Below, piece by piece: positions 35,091 through 48,630 of a stretch of 60,000 bases of DNA (position 1 is its first letter; each line of letters begins with the position of its first letter). A program made the position numbers and the translations under genes. Source of the DNA: Laetmonice hystrix (taxonomy: Eukaryota); contig OZ249436.1 of NCBI GenBank assembly GCA_965235115.1, positions 46,626,001 through 46,686,000 on the forward strand. Reading direction: 5' to 3'. The notes under the pieces were generated by a model. It was not told the DNA's origin. It saw only the letters and a program-made list of their open reading frames with translations, and did no database searches.

Positions 35091-36133
35091 CCTCCTTTTT
35101 GTTTACATTCATGAAAGGTGTAATAAACAATGCCTACCTCAAGATCAATGCTTGTTATCATTTAAATTTCTCTATTATTATAATGTGAGACCCGATTCCC
35201 CGATCACTGCGCTCAAGTGCAAGTCCTGCCAGCCATAAAGAAATCCAAAGACTTCGAGTCGGTAGACATTAAATCCTGAGAGTGGGAGGAACACTGCTTT
35301 TTAGACGGTAGCGCCGCGCTGTTCGGACCGGTGTCGCCTTTGGGGCAAGCCGCACTGCAGCAGCGTCCCATGTACTGAGAAGCCAACTGCCACCTGTCGG
35401 CAGACATGTGTATTGACTCTTCGTTGCATCGGCAGGAAAACTGGACGGAGACTGCGGTGACACACTCTGAACTAACGCATCGGAAATTTAAATATTCACG
35501 TAGCTGAACTGTTGTGAAGCTATCAGAAGAAAAGACTTGTTTTCAGAACCAGTGAGACTGTTAGAGCTGCCTGTCTGCCAAATTGCTAGGCTGGTTCCCG
35601 GACCTCTCGCTAGGGGTCAGGGCAACCGGGTACCAGCTCACCAAATTGCCAGCACGGAACTCCCACTCCGATGATACAGTTTCTTGATGATAGAGGGCGC
35701 TAGTGCATTGCTTGGTAGCCTATTGCTTTATTAGCTCAATCCCATAATGAAGTTTTGTGTGACCTGCCAACAGGTTATCTATTGCATGTCATACTTGTTA
35801 GCCCACACCCTATGGGTATAGGCCATGTAGGTTAGGTCTACTACGTTTGTACACTGCTGTGGAACGAGCAAGCGTTGGCCTAGGGAACATCAACTTACTA
35901 TACATAATGACAACATTTTGTGGGCCTTGTGAGCCTTTCGTGAAAACATTTGTACGGAAAAGCTATGAATTATATGGGCTCATTGCTTATTGCTTCGAAA
36001 GAGATAGCTGTTTTCATTAACGGAGGAATTAAAGTCACATTGTTTCCGGCCCCTCCACTCCTGTCTCGATGTCGCTATCTGTCTGGTTGTCTCTCTGTCT
36101 GTCTCTCTGTCTGTCTGTCTCTCTTTCTCTCTC

Positions 36134-36181
<48 letters not shown>

Positions 36182-36279
36182 TCATACACACGCACACACA
36201 CACACAAACACATATCTTTGCGGCAAATGCTACTTTCCAGAGCACTAAATTATGCATTTTCGTCAGTGACACGATTTCA

Positions 36280-36420
36280 TAAAGCCCTATTTCCTATTGG
36301 GCATAGCTCTAGCCAATCCGCAGCGTAGGGAGCGAGGAATATAGGTCAGGTTAAAGGTCGGGGTCGGCAGGTGCGCTTACTTTTGAAACCAGTCAACTTG
36401 AGCCAGGGAAACCGTGCTAG
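36280..36420 (+). promoter_or_regulatory. Candidate promoter of the MS4A-like gene
   Basis: Two CCAAT boxes (ctattgg ~36294, agccaatc ~36311) and clustered RGGTCA-like half-sites (aggtcaggttaaaggtcggggtcg ~36343-36366) about 450 bp before the ATG. Confidence 0.3.
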
Positions 36421-36811
36421 GCGCCAGCAAAATGTGTGGCTGGTGATGCGAGAAGATACCTACATCAAAAACTTTACTCATTCATATTGGATACTTTGGA
36501 TACATACACACGGGTGGACGCGGCGTGGTTACTCCAGATGGTTGTGGTAATTTGTTGGTGAAAGTTGTGGTTTCACAATGCGGACAGCCCAGACCGCTAC
36601 AGTTCCATCCAGACTTCATTCAGACAGTGGCAGCTGCTGCGCTGATGATGGCAGTACCGAGGCATTGTTTGCAAACAGGTCTGGAGGAAGATTGTGAGGT
36701 CAAGCATTGTTGTCGGCTACTGGTGGGTAGCGCGTCCCACTGTCGGTGGGGGAATACTGATGACCCAGTGGATGTACGGTACTGTGACGTGCAGTGAGGT
36801 GAGTGTGTGAG

Positions 36812-38779
36812 ATGGCGGCCGCCCGGTGTGACGGGGACCGGGAGGATGACGGCCGGCAGGGGCGGCAGGCCGGTCGGCGGGCCGGGGACGGAAGGCGGAC
36901 CGTCAGGCCCGGGTTCTCACACGAGAAGGCTTTAATCTTTGGAGTGATCCAAGTGATGGCTGGTTTGACTGCGGTCATCCTGGGGGTCGTCTCAATGGCG
37001 ACGAAAACGTGGGGGTATTATTACGGGTCGGGGTTCTGGGGAGGTGTGCTGTTCGTGGCTGCGGGTGTGTTCGGATTGGCAGCGGCAAGACGGAAGAACA
37101 ATTGCACCATTGTAACTTTCATGACATTGTCTGCTATATCTGCCATGCTAGCCCTGGCCATGGTGGCGCTTGGTGCTATAGGCGTCGCCTCGGACAACAT
37201 GCTGTTTCAGCAGCACAGGAAAGCTGAAGCGAGCGGTTTAGTTGTTCATAGTTTAGTGATTGTGGTGGCAGTGGTTGAGTCGGTTTGTGCCACAGCCTCC
37301 TCGATCGTTGGGTGTCGGGCAGTTTGTGGAGTGTGGTACCATCCCGATAACCCCTACTTCAGCGCTGACCTCCAGACTCCCTCCAGTGAGTTCGGAGCGT
37401 TCAGACAGAACTCCAATCTCCAGTACCTGGTAGATCCTGATCTCCAGCGTCCCGCTCCAGTGGGGGGACGACCCCCTGCGGCGTCCCACACGGGGTCATT
37501 CCTCCAGGCATCCACGGGGTCATTCCTCCCGGCATCCACGGGGAATCAAGAAACGCGAACTTCAAACACTCCTCCAGTGTTTGACTTCCAGACGCCCGTG
37601 ACAGGCGCCCAGCAAATCGCCATCCTGGCGCCCTCGGCTGATGGCAATGTGTATGGCATGATGCAAGCGTCAGCACCCAACAGTACAGGCGTCAGTCAGG
37701 TCATGTACATCATGCCAAACGCAGGTCCATGTATGCAGCCGGGCGACGCTAGCCAGGAGATCTCAGAACCTCCAGGTACGCCTCCCCCATCGTACAGTCA
37801 GATTGATCTCACGGAGATAGGACTGGAGGACCTGGAGGAGGAGCAGGAGGACGAGGAGGAGGAGGACCAGGAGGAGGAGCAGCAGCAGGCGGCCTCAGCA
37901 ACCAGAACCAATAATGACAACAATACAAGCAGTGAAACGGACCGATCATCAGTCGCTACCTTTGACACGGGCCCCATTGAATGCTCCACCCCTATCAGCG
38001 GCATTGACCCCACCGAAGTACAACAACTACCCCCTTTAGAAAGATTACTACCTTTAGATATTAGTAGACCTGTCCCAATGAGAACGACTGCCCACAGACC
38101 TGTGTCACATAGACACTCCAGATCATCAGAGCCACAAGGTCAAAGTACACCAATCTCAGTCAGCAGTGTCAGACCTCGGCCGTCTTCAGGCCAAAGACAG
38201 TCAGCACGGAGTTCTGAGGAGGGGCACAGACAGTCAGCACGGAGTTCTGAGGAGGGTCACAGACAGTCAGCACGGAGTTCTGAGGAGGGGCACAGACAGT
38301 CAGCACGGAGTTCTGAGGAGGGGCAAGGATCTACTCGATCATCAGTCGGGACACAGGTGTCGTCTCAAGTCAGATCTCAATCTAGTCGGACACAGACTCA
38401 CCATCCTCAGCAGGCTGGTGGTCTGGTCAGTCGGGGTGCACGAGGTCACGTCACGAACGGTGGTAGCCGTCACCGTGACAGTGAAGGCCGTGACAGGGAC
38501 CGTGACCGTAGACCAGGACATCACGGCCACTCCAGCGGGCAGAGATCGGGTGCTACCTCTCGGTCCGGCAGACATCCCGGCCACCCACTCAACCCGCCAG
38601 GGCATGTTTCCGACCCCGGGGTGCCGGGGGGTATCCCAGCCTCGACTCACAGACGGTGGGGGGTATCTCAGCAGCAGGACCTGCACCCTTACCCCCTGCA
38701 GCGCCCAGGTTGGCCGGGTCCCCAGGAACCCCCGACCCGGCGGACAAACAGACAATCGTCTATGAGTAGTGTGTTATGA
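36812..38779 (+). CDS. Intronless MS4A/CD20-like four-transmembrane protein with a long disordered C-terminal tail (655 aa)
   Basis: Four hydrophobic helices with the family-like pattern GVIQVMAG...GSGFWGGVLFVAAGVFGLAA..K..C..TFMTLSAISA...; ATG in context gagATGg; tail has PPPSY, an acidic run and 3-4 copies of RQSARSSEEGH. Confidence 0.85.
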   Translation: MAAARCDGDREDDGRQGRQAGRRAGDGRRTVRPGFSHEKALIFGVIQVMAGLTAVILGVVSMATKTWGYYYGSGFWGGVLFVAAGVFGLAAARRKNNCTIVTFMTLSAISAMLALAMVALGAIGVASDNMLFQQHRKAEASGLVVHSLVIVVAVVESVCATASSIVGCRAVCGVWYHPDNPYFSADLQTPSSEFGAFRQNSNLQYLVDPDLQRPAPVGGRPPAASHTGSFLQASTGSFLPASTGNQETRTSNTPPVFDFQTPVTGAQQIAILAPSADGNVYGMMQASAPNSTGVSQVMYIMPNAGPCMQPGDASQEISEPPGTPPPSYSQIDLTEIGLEDLEEEQEDEEEEDQEEEQQQAASATRTNNDNNTSSETDRSSVATFDTGPIECSTPISGIDPTEVQQLPPLERLLPLDISRPVPMRTTAHRPVSHRHSRSSEPQGQSTPISVSSVRPRPSSGQRQSARSSEEGHRQSARSSEEGHRQSARSSEEGHRQSARSSEEGQGSTRSSVGTQVSSQVRSQSSRTQTHHPQQAGGLVSRGARGHVTNGGSRHRDSEGRDRDRDRRPGHHGHSSGQRSGATSRSGRHPGHPLNPPGHVSDPGVPGGIPASTHRRWGVSQQQDLHPYPLQRPGWPGPQEPPTRRTNRQSSMSSVL

Positions 38780-40038
38780 AAAAAATGATCTCAGCTTTTT
38801 GTGTTCGCTTAATTTAAAAAAGTACGATATCACAAGTTTCCCTCGAAAACTTCGACTGAACATTTAATATTTAAAATTTCTTTGCACACAACTCACACAC
38901 GTACAGAGTAATCTCAAGTGCACTGCTCAGTATAGGTCAATTAGGTCAATTTTATTATAGCGATGCAGTATAGAAGTAAGTGTCAGATGTTCCAGGCGCG
39001 TGTGTCATTAAGAACATTTCTTTTAATTTAAAGGGCACCTAATTGTAAAAAAAAACATCACCAGTGGGACCCCGGGCTCTCTACAGCCCTGCTCGCATAC
39101 TGTATAAGCACGGCAAAGCTTTCCTCTATATCCTGCCAATCAAGCCAAGATCAATTCCGAGTGACGAAAACCTAATTACAATTATCTGACTCAATATAAA
39201 GAGATAAGTACGTAGTTTCAATAGGATTTTAATTATGCACTTTCTTTATTAAATGGTGCGTTTGGTGCTAATATCCAGTGATGGTCTATAATCAAATGAG
39301 GATGATTATAATAAGTTACACCGTGGACGGAATCGCCTCAAGTGTATGTAAATATACACGAGTATTTATAATACATGCGCTGACTTTCGTTACGGTGGCA
39401 ACCGTGGGATTTAGCTCTTTTTGTCAGAAAACGATATGTTTTTTAGACATCACAGGCACGACGCTCATAAAAAAAATCTGGAATACGCAGTCATTCATCA
39501 GTGTGTGTATAGAGTGTATCGCGGTGGTTAAAATGCATGGTTCCTTCAGATGATCTGCCTTTACAAACCATGCCTCATGTTAACACTAAAGCCTGGTGTT
39601 TGAGGGAGAAACAGTTTTTACTCAGTCTTTTAATAACCACTCGGAGGTAAATCTTTCAGGATATCCACATACCGTGCCTATAGAAATTCCTAAATGTTCT
39701 GTTCTGTGAAGAATGTGCAAAAGAAAACCAGAAGAGATGTGTTGATTTTTAACATATCCATGTCGGAAATATTCTGGTTATAGTGAAAGCACTCATGGGA
39801 ACTAGAACTCGGGAAATGCGACAGCACGTTCATGATTATCGATAATATCGACGACCGAAAGTAAAAGCTGTAGGATTTAACGGCCATGAGAGACAAATCC
39901 ACAGGGATGTTCACCATTAATCGTCGTGATCACTAGGTATACATAATCAATGTCTACTACCCATACCAACACACGTACACGACCGTGCACGTCCCTACTC
40001 CTCCGCACGACTGTCCGTGTGCACGTCCGTGAACTATA

Positions 40039-40239
40039 GCCGGGTTCCCATGTGTACGTTTCCGTTATCCGTTTCCGTTTTCCGGTTCCGATTCGATCGT
40101 TTATGCTGATATGACCGTTTCCATGTGTACGGTTTGTAGTCCGATTGTACACATGGAAACGCTCCCATAGGAAATTATAGGCATTACCGATCGAATCGGA
40201 AACGGATAACGGAAACCTACACATGTATGGAAACCCGGC
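40039..40239. mobile_element. Palindromic MITE flanked by TA
   Basis: ta|gccgggttcccatgtgta...catgtatggaaacccggc|ta; internal tttccgttatccgtttccg / cggaaacggataacggaaa inverted pair. Confidence 0.75.
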
Positions 40240-43200
40240 TAGACCTCATAGACTATAAACGGGCAGTGAGAGTTGTATATTACTATAATTATTAGAACCG
40301 TTTAGACTTCCCTGTGTATACATCGAATACATAGAATCGGCAGTATTACGTTACCAACATTCCATGGAAGGATATTCGAAATGAAACGTTAAAATAATAT
40401 AGACTATTATATCACATACTCAAACATTACGTAATTAGAGTAGTAAACTCACCTTCCAGAGATTGGTTTAATTTTGGCCATAGGACGCTCATTTGTTTTC
40501 CCTTTCCCCCATTATTTGACGTATAGCCTTACAATGAACTTGATTGACTGAAAGGGCAAATATCGTGCCAAACTTGTATTATTGACACATCTTGTATTAA
40601 CAGCCCGTACCATATAGCGATAATGCGAGCAGGGTTTACTGAATTCACGAAATAGACTATGTCCTGTGTAGACATTGCGTAATTCTACTGGGAGATCGTT
40701 AAATAGGCCGTGGTCCGACTACCATCTGGAGTTCACGCTCCACAATACAATGGAATGGACATGTATCATGGCAGTTCTGTTCAGGTTGCGAGAGTCAGAA
40801 ATCGCTTTTCCAAACATCAGTCTTATGTTTCTTTCACATTGGAGTCACCGATAAATCTTTGCTCAGTGCCGTCTGAATGCATTCCGAGTATTGTAGGCCC
40901 TGACCCTGAGGTTACAAGAGAAGAATGTAATAGTGAGCTGAATACTGAGGGTGCGATGAAAGTTTGCATTGAATGATGTAGTCGGGGGCTTGCCTTGAAC
41001 TTGTACGGGTCAGATTTCTTGCCACCGAGGCCTCCCTGTATCGAGATACTGAGCTGCGGCCTTATGGTTCAAAAACATCAAACTGCCTTTTGATCACAAA
41101 GCTATAGGCGGACACCGACTGTGCCATACCTGAATCATAATTTATAGTTTCACTTACATGACCGTAATGTGTAAATATGTAACATTCATGATGCTGTTAA
41201 AGTAGGAGTACCATTCCCTCACATGAAATCCATCAACACGGGAGTCAAAACCCCGTGTTTTGTTATCGAGTTAAAGCATATACAAACAGCTTACAAAGCC
41301 AGCCATGTATGATGTGTGTATGTAAATCACAACGTTCTAGTACAAAGGTTGGGGTCTATCTATCCTCCAACCTTCTGACGTGTATCAAACCAGGTCAACC
41401 ATTTCAGTGGGCCGCAACCACAACCGGCTAAAATTTAGGTTTTTGTACCCGTTCGAATTTACGTCAAATATGTGTACGTTGTGTGACCTCGATCTCGTAC
41501 TAGCCTCATTTTAGAAAAGAACGCTTGATGTTTTAGAAAAGGAAAAGTCAGTGAGTGTAATCTTCTTGATCGTGATACATAAAAGAGAAGACGCAGTTCA
41601 TGATATCTGTGTACTTGATTGGCCCCAAATGAAAATATTTAATGAATTGGCCTGCATACATGTACGTATACCAAGTCGAGGGAATGTTTCCCAGCGACCA
41701 AGGTCAATACTCATACAGGTCAAACATGAACTGGTGACATACTGTATCATAGTATCGGAGTATCAGTCATTCTAAAACTTACCATAATAGCCACTGTGAA
41801 TGTAGATCAGTGAAAGAGTAGCTGTCATTGAGGCCAAGGAACTCCTTGTTATGCAGACACTGCGGCAAAGAGTGGCAGATTTACCGTGTAGGCCTACTAT
41901 CCGGTACTATAGTCTTGAATCGGATATAATTTCTGAACTTTTCATGTTATGGCAAGAATTGCCCTATCTGTAATCTTTCATCTAATTTATGTCTCTCGGT
42001 GCCGCTGTTGATTTCTGAGGCGGTTTGAACCAGAACGGCTATCTCATTCGAATTTTTTATTTGTCAGACCGTATAATTCTTTTGTCTACTATAAATGCGG
42101 ACACACATCATGCTCATTTTATTAGGTAATCAGGTCAGTGGAGTTTCTAAGTTTATGTTATGTTCATTCACTGCTAAAGTTGTGAGAATTAGAGGTGATA
42201 AATTATAGACCAACCAGAGCGTATACACTGTTCATTCCATACCCTATGAACCAACTAAAAATGTTGAATTTAGTTTAATACATGTACAAGGTGTAAATCT
42301 GTTTCACTGCAGCCTTTAATCAATAATGGAACATTTCTCCCATATACTAAAAGGTATACGACATTGGACCCACTTATGTATCGTAAAGTGTCATCAAGAT
42401 GTTTAATGTATTCTGCCTATCTGACACTTGTGATAGGTAGGAGATAGGAATGCACTAAAAATTTAGTGAAACCAGGACGCTATAATACATTTTGTTCATC
42501 AAACATCAGCAAAACTGAAATGACTTAAGAGTGCGGTTGTGACGTAAGAAGTCTTTGTGAAACTGAAAGAATGTCATGTATGTTCAAACCATATGTAATT
42601 ATTAAGTCAGTATTTAATAAACCTGAGTGTACATATCGTGGACAGGTAATTATTGATCAGGTCTATCTGTACGTTGTCACTGTATAGTTCTCACTGTGAA
42701 TTCGTGGCATTAAAGAGGCATGACAAAAGCAGTTGTCATTCAGTCTACCTTTGTTGTCAATCCATTCTGGTAGCAAACGTTTAACTTCTACTGGTATAGA
42801 CTATACTGACTATACTATTTTTAAATCCTTGCTTTTCTCGGTCAATGGGATTCCCATTGTTAAAGCGTTCCTTAATGAGCTTGAGAATGTCCATTCTGTT
42901 GGGACACGCCAGGGGGTGAGAATTCGGGCCGACCTGGAAAGCACCACCCGTGTAATTACGTCTACGAGCCATCTCTTGCTTCATTTAACATCCCCGTGTA
43001 GACGACCTGAAGAAGATGGTGTTATAATGACTCTGCAGTGTAAAGAAAGGAAAGCTGTGGCTTGGCTCGGGGTGTGAAGGTCAAGTGCCGACGCGAAGGT
43101 TGGTGTTGTCTGCCGTGTTTGCTGTCCGCGACGTTGGTAACGAGTTGCCAGGAGAGGAGCGACCGCCTGGGGCGAACGCGAGGCGGACCGCGACGTTACG

Positions 43201-44268
43201 TCGTCGTGCGTGTCACGTGCCAATCACAGACATCACGCAGCGTCATAAAGTGGAACACGCTTTCCGACATCTCAGGAATAACATGTCCGTGCCTCGTTTT
43301 AACAACCGGATTCAGGGGACACTGACTTTTACCTATGGAGCACTACCACCTATATCTAAGGTGAACAAACTGAAAGGGAAGAAAAAACAATCAAGTTAAC
43401 CAAGTATAAAAATCGATAATGGCCGACCGACATGTAGGCTAAACTCATTTTGTTCATTTTACGACTTTTCAGGTTTCCAGATTACAGAGGTAATTTAGAG
43501 GGTGAAAAAAGGTCTGATTGCTTTACGTGAGGTGACCAAGAGATTGGTTTTCCGTGTTGTCACGCGTGAGGAGGAGGAAGACATATTTGTAGGTTGTTTC
43601 AAGCGGCCTCAGAGACGGTTGTAGACTTGTGGAGATTGCAGTTGTATTTAAACGGTTGCCATCATTCTACCTAGAATGATTAGATCGAGTTTATATTGTT
43701 TCCTAATCTGGCCCCGAGTCCACCTGAACAAATCGGCACGCGGGTTGGGTTTGGCTTGATTACCTATTGATTCTCACGTAGTAGCTGGGACGCGCGGGGT
43801 TGACTGCCGGAGAGGACTTCTGTCGGAAACTGAGTGGAACTCCTGGGGCGGGGTTTGTCTGGGAGACGAACATCAGAAACCCACCACCCCTGGCTATACC
43901 GTTGTGATGATTCTTCAGATCTTACGCTTCGGAGATACCCACACCACATCCCACAAAGTCCGTCTAGCAAGACGACATCTTTCGGATAAAAGATTCCTTG
44001 GGGGGACGACAAATTAGGAGCTATACATGTAGTTATATGGTGTGGGTGTGGGTGTGGGTGTGGGTGTGCTATACATATTGAGGACATCAGACTCTATGTC
44101 AATCTACACCATCATATGATATATAGACTGATTAGGCCTATATGGCGTATAGAGTGGTTCAAGGTGAGAAATGCTTCAATCTAAATAATATTTGCTCAAA
44201 TCGGGAGGCAATCCCAGAGGTCAGGATAGATTTTACCGGGACGCGCGTTACACGTTTTTTCCATAATA

Positions 44269-44535
44269 CAGTGGCGGATCCATGGTATGGGGAACGGGGG
44301 AGGGGGGGCCTACCCATCCAAGTAAAGCATGGGGTGGGTGGGTGACCCAATCAGAATCTCATAAACTAAAAAATAACTAATTAGCAAACACCGTGTTTCT
44401 TCTGCGTAGCATGTTACATTAAACCACGAAGGTATTATAATAACTTCATTTAGAAAAGGTACACAAACTGAAATGGAATTGTCAGGCTGAACGGGGGGCG
44501 CGCGCCGGGTGCCCGCCCCCCTAAATCCGCCACTG
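44269..44535. mobile_element. MITE (CAGTGGCGGAT ends)
   Basis: TIR cagtggcggat / atccgccactg; 5-bp TSD taata. Confidence 0.8.
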
Positions 44536-45807
44536 TAATATAGAGCTATACTGTAAAGCGCGTCCGTTTATCCAGAAGGTGATACTAGGACGTCAGTATA
44601 CAGTCTGTCCTTACTCGGTACCGTATTCCTGTTGTATGGGACCTACCACAGCTGCTGTGTGAAACATAGCAGAAAACATATACATCATATGTCGTCAATC
44701 GTAGGAAGTTTATGTCTTGTTTTACAAAATAACAATAAAAAAGGCGATTACAGCCGCCTCGATCAGCTCATGTTCCGAGGTGTTTTAGCAACATGTCAAA
44801 AACGCCCCAGATATTTTTAGGTTCCTTAGACAGTGGCAATAATTGGTTCACTCAATTTAAGTGAAAGGCATATTTTCAAATCTTTAAAAATTCAACATGA
44901 TACCAATCTATTTAAAATGGGCGTTTTAAAAACCTGTGTTAAAGACATGATTATTATTATCAGGCAGCACTCTCGGTCGGTCCCGTATAGTTTTAAAGCT
45001 CTACCTTTTTTATGATGATGCACCTGTATACATAATTATATATGTACAGGAGTTATACGTAATACATGCGTGCGGGGAACTGGTTATCTCTAACAATGCC
45101 CACGACATGCATTATTGAACACCTGAAATATTTCTCCGCATCAATATCAAGTCTAATAAAGATCCGTGCGCGTTCCCCCCTCCGTTTCTAAAAAAACTGG
45201 CAATCATATTTTCCTTTCCACGTGCTGAATAGGCTTCTGATGTGTTGATATGGAAGACGGAGAGTATGTGTTACATGGGCACGTAACCTGTTTTTGTTAC
45301 ATGGGCACGTAACCTGTTTGTGAAGGGAACTCAAGGAGGCCAGCCCATACAGCGTGAGTGTTACTGAATAAAAAAGAAAGGAAAAATAAAAAATGGCTAC
45401 AAAGAAAACAAATGGAAGACGTATGTTTTCTGTCGGCTTGTCGAGAATGAACGCGTGTTGTCGACGACACCTGACGAGTACATGTATTTGCATATACCGC
45501 GGGCTACGTCTGGAATAATAAACCAGGCCAGGCCCCACTTAGGAGGAAAATACCACCTCCAACAATGACCTGCTATGCAATGCACGACCCAATCCTTCCG
45601 CAAAATGGATTAGGTACATTATTTGTCATTTTCTCTCGCAAATGCATTTAGAATAAATTACTGTAAATTGGGAAGGGGGAAAATACCACCCTACAGAGAT
45701 CAGAGATTGGCTATAAAGATATAACAAAAACGATTTTTGGATTGATGACATGAACATTTTTATTCTCAATGTCCCTTCCAAGTCAATATCTCATTTATTA
45801 GTTCACC

Positions 45808-46862
45808 GGTGTCCCTCAAAGGTCAGTGTCTCTATTGTAGGTCGATCACTCAGTGTCCCTCAAAGGTCAGTGACTCTATTGTAGGTCGATCACTCAGTGT
45901 CCCTCAAAGGTCAGTGACTCTATTGTAGGTCGATCACTCAGTGTCCCTCAAAGGTCAGTGACTCTATTGTAGGTCGATCCCTCAGTGTCCCTCAAAGGTC
46001 AGTGACTCTATTGTAGGTCGATCACTCGGTCCCTCAAAGGTCAGTGTCTCTATTGTAGGTCGATCACTCGGTCCCTCAAAGGTCAGTGACTCTATTGTAG
46101 GTCGATCACTCAGTGTCCCTCAAAGGTCAGTGACTCTATTGTAGGTCGATCCCTCAGTGTCCCTCAAAGGTCAGTGACTCTATTGTAGGTCGATCACTCA
46201 GTGTCCCTCAAAGGTCAGTGTCTCTATTGTAGGTCGATCACTCGGTCCCTCAAAGGTCAGTGACTCTATTGTAGGTCGATCCCTCAGTGTCCCTCAAAGG
46301 TCAGTATCTCTATTGTAGGTCTATCAGTCAGTGTCCCTCAAAGGTCAGTGTCTCTATTGTAGGTCGATCACTCGGTCCCTCAAAGGTCAGTGACTCTATT
46401 GTAGGTCGATCCCTCAGTGTCCCTCAAAGGTCAGTATCTCTATTGTAGGTCGATCATTCAGTGTCCCTCAAAGGTCAGTGCCTCTATTGTAGGTCGATCC
46501 CTCGGTGTCCCTCAAAGATCAATGACTCTGTTGTAGTCCGATCCCTTAGTTGAGGTCGATCCCTCGGTGTCCCTCAAAGGTCAGTGACTCTATTGTAGAT
46601 CGATCATTCAGTGTCCCTCAAAGGTCAGTGACTCTATTGTAGGTCGATCACTCGGTCCCTCAAAGGTCAGTGACTCTATTGTAGGTCGATCACTCAGTGT
46701 CCCTCAAAGGTCAGTGTCTCTATTGTAGGTCGATCACTCAGTGTCCCTCAAAGGTCAGCCTCTCTGTTGCAGTTCGATCCCTCAGTGTCCCTCATAGGTC
46801 AGCGTCTCTGTTGCAGTCCGATCCCTCAGTGTCCCTCAAAGGTCAGTGTCTCTGTTATAGGT
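45808..46862. repeat. 44-bp satellite (~23 copies)
   Basis: Unit gtgtccctcaaaggtcagtgactctattgtaggtcgatcactca, with 42-bp variants. Confidence 0.95.
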
Positions 46863-47327
46863 CCCTCATTGTGGGATGGAAATATATACTTTTGGAGCTG
46901 GAAAGCATTTGGGCGTCTTTGACACCAACCTGCCTGTAACAGTAAACCTGAGGACCAGCATGCCTATAGCTCTAACAAAAAGCATTAATCTCACTCTCAA
47001 GTGTATACCACCGAATTCGCTCTGGGTACTTCGTCTCTAGCAATGGATATAGACACCCTGCTCTATCACACTTTGTGAAAGGCCTTTCTCGCCATTCTGC
47101 CATATAGGCCTTTATTATAGCAAACAGAGCCAGAGATCCCGTGTTAATCGCATGTCATCATTTCACACCTGGTTAATACAGCCAAGGACTTGCGTGTATG
47201 GCTGCCATGGTAACGGCTGCCATGGTAACGGCTGCCATGGTAACGGCTAAGAAGAGTGATGCAAAATTTTTGGTTCTTATCACCAGATTTCGTGGGGTTG
47301 TTATCATGGAGACCGACCCGTCCTGAG

Positions 47328-47722
47328 GGATTTAGGGATATAATATAAGCAGGTTTGAGCTGGCCTGTATGTCCGAGATATTTAGGGATATAATATAAGC
47401 AGGTTTGAGCTGGCCTGTATGTCCGAGATATTTAGGGATATAATATCAGCAGGTTTGAGCTGGCCTGTATGTCCGGGATTTAGGGATATACTATAGGCAG
47501 GTTTGAGCTGGCCTGTATGTCCGGGATTTAGGGATATAATATCAGCAGGTTTGAGCTGGCCTGTATGTCCGGAATATTCAGGGATATAATATAAGCAGGT
47601 TTGAGCTAGCCTGTATGTCTGGGATTCAGGGATATAATATAAGCAGGGTTTGAGCTGGCCTGTATGTCCGGAATATTCAGGGATATAATATAAGCAGGGT
47701 TTGAGCTGGCCTGTATGTCGAG
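47328..47722. repeat. ~48-50-bp minisatellite (~8 copies)
   Basis: Unit tttagggatataatataagcaggtttgagctggcctgtatgtccggga. Confidence 0.9.
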
Positions 47723-47999
47723 GATTAACCCAGCTTACCCTGGGTCGGAGATTGTGACCGTTGATGGGGGAGGGCGGGACGGGGGGCGGGCAGTGGTGTC
47801 AGGCCCTAAGGTCAGTTTCCCGGGCAATCAATCTATTGTTGTGGTAGCCCTTAGGCTGGCTGATCCATCAGGGTGACCTGGGATCGGTTTGAAACCACAA
47901 CGGTCACTCCTGACATGGACACTGGTCCAGAGGTAAATCTCGATGGTAACAGCTTCACCAAGTCGGAGAAGATATAATCTATCATTATTCCGAACATCA

Positions 48000-48630
48000 A
48001 ACCTTATCCTATAACTCCTATACTCCCCGTCCCCAGACCTCCTCAAACCTGGCCCTATAACTCCTATACTCCCGGTCCCCAGACCTCCCAAAGAAACTTC
48101 CCCGTAACACTAGCCCTGCCCCAAACCCTAGCCCTGTCCCTAACCCGGTCCCCACACCTCCCCTAAAACGTCCCCCTAGACCTAGCCCTGCCCCTAACCC
48201 GGTCCCCAGACTTCCCCAAAACTTACTCATAACCCTAGCCCTGTCCCTAACCCCGTACACAGACCTCACCCAACACTTCCCCCTAACCCTAGCCCTGCCC
48301 GTAACCCCGTCCCCAGACCTCCCCCAAAACTTCCTCCTAACCCTAGCCCTGCCCGTAACCCCGTCCCCAGACCTCCCCCAAAACTTACTCCCAACCCTAG
48401 CCCTGCCCCTAACCCCGTCCCCAGACCCTGCCTCTGCCCCTAGCCCTGCCCCTGCCCCTGCTCCTAGCCTTGCCCCTAACCCTAGCCTTGCCCCTAACCC
48501 TAGCCTTGCCCCTGCCCCTAACCCTGCCCCTGCCCTAGCCCCCCTGCCCCTGCCCCTGGCCCCCCTGCCCCTAGCCCTGCCCCTAACCTTGCCCCTAACC
48601 CTAGCCTTGCCCCTAACCTCGACCCCCAGT
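48000..48630. repeat. Degenerate CCCTAA/CCCTAG/CCCCTG array within a dispersed repeat (related inverted copies at ~25215-25310 and ~51165-51710)
   Basis: cccagacctcc..aaactt..ccctaaccctagccctg here versus ggagttagggca arrays plus aagtttcttgaggaggtctgggg at ~51600. Confidence 0.7.

Noticed and set aside
35091..35161. N-terminus of the RT ORF as a real start
   Set aside because: RT similarity begins around IYVLKEVVD; the upstream residues are flanking DNA read through a 5'-truncation junction.
33051..35463. Short minus-strand ORFs 33051-33347 and 35213-35463 as a gene
   Set aside because: No recognisable motifs and no consistent exon chain could be built.
38166..38765. Alternative-frame and antisense ORFs over the MS4A-like tail
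   Set aside because: Expected shadow ORFs of a GC-rich repetitive coding region.
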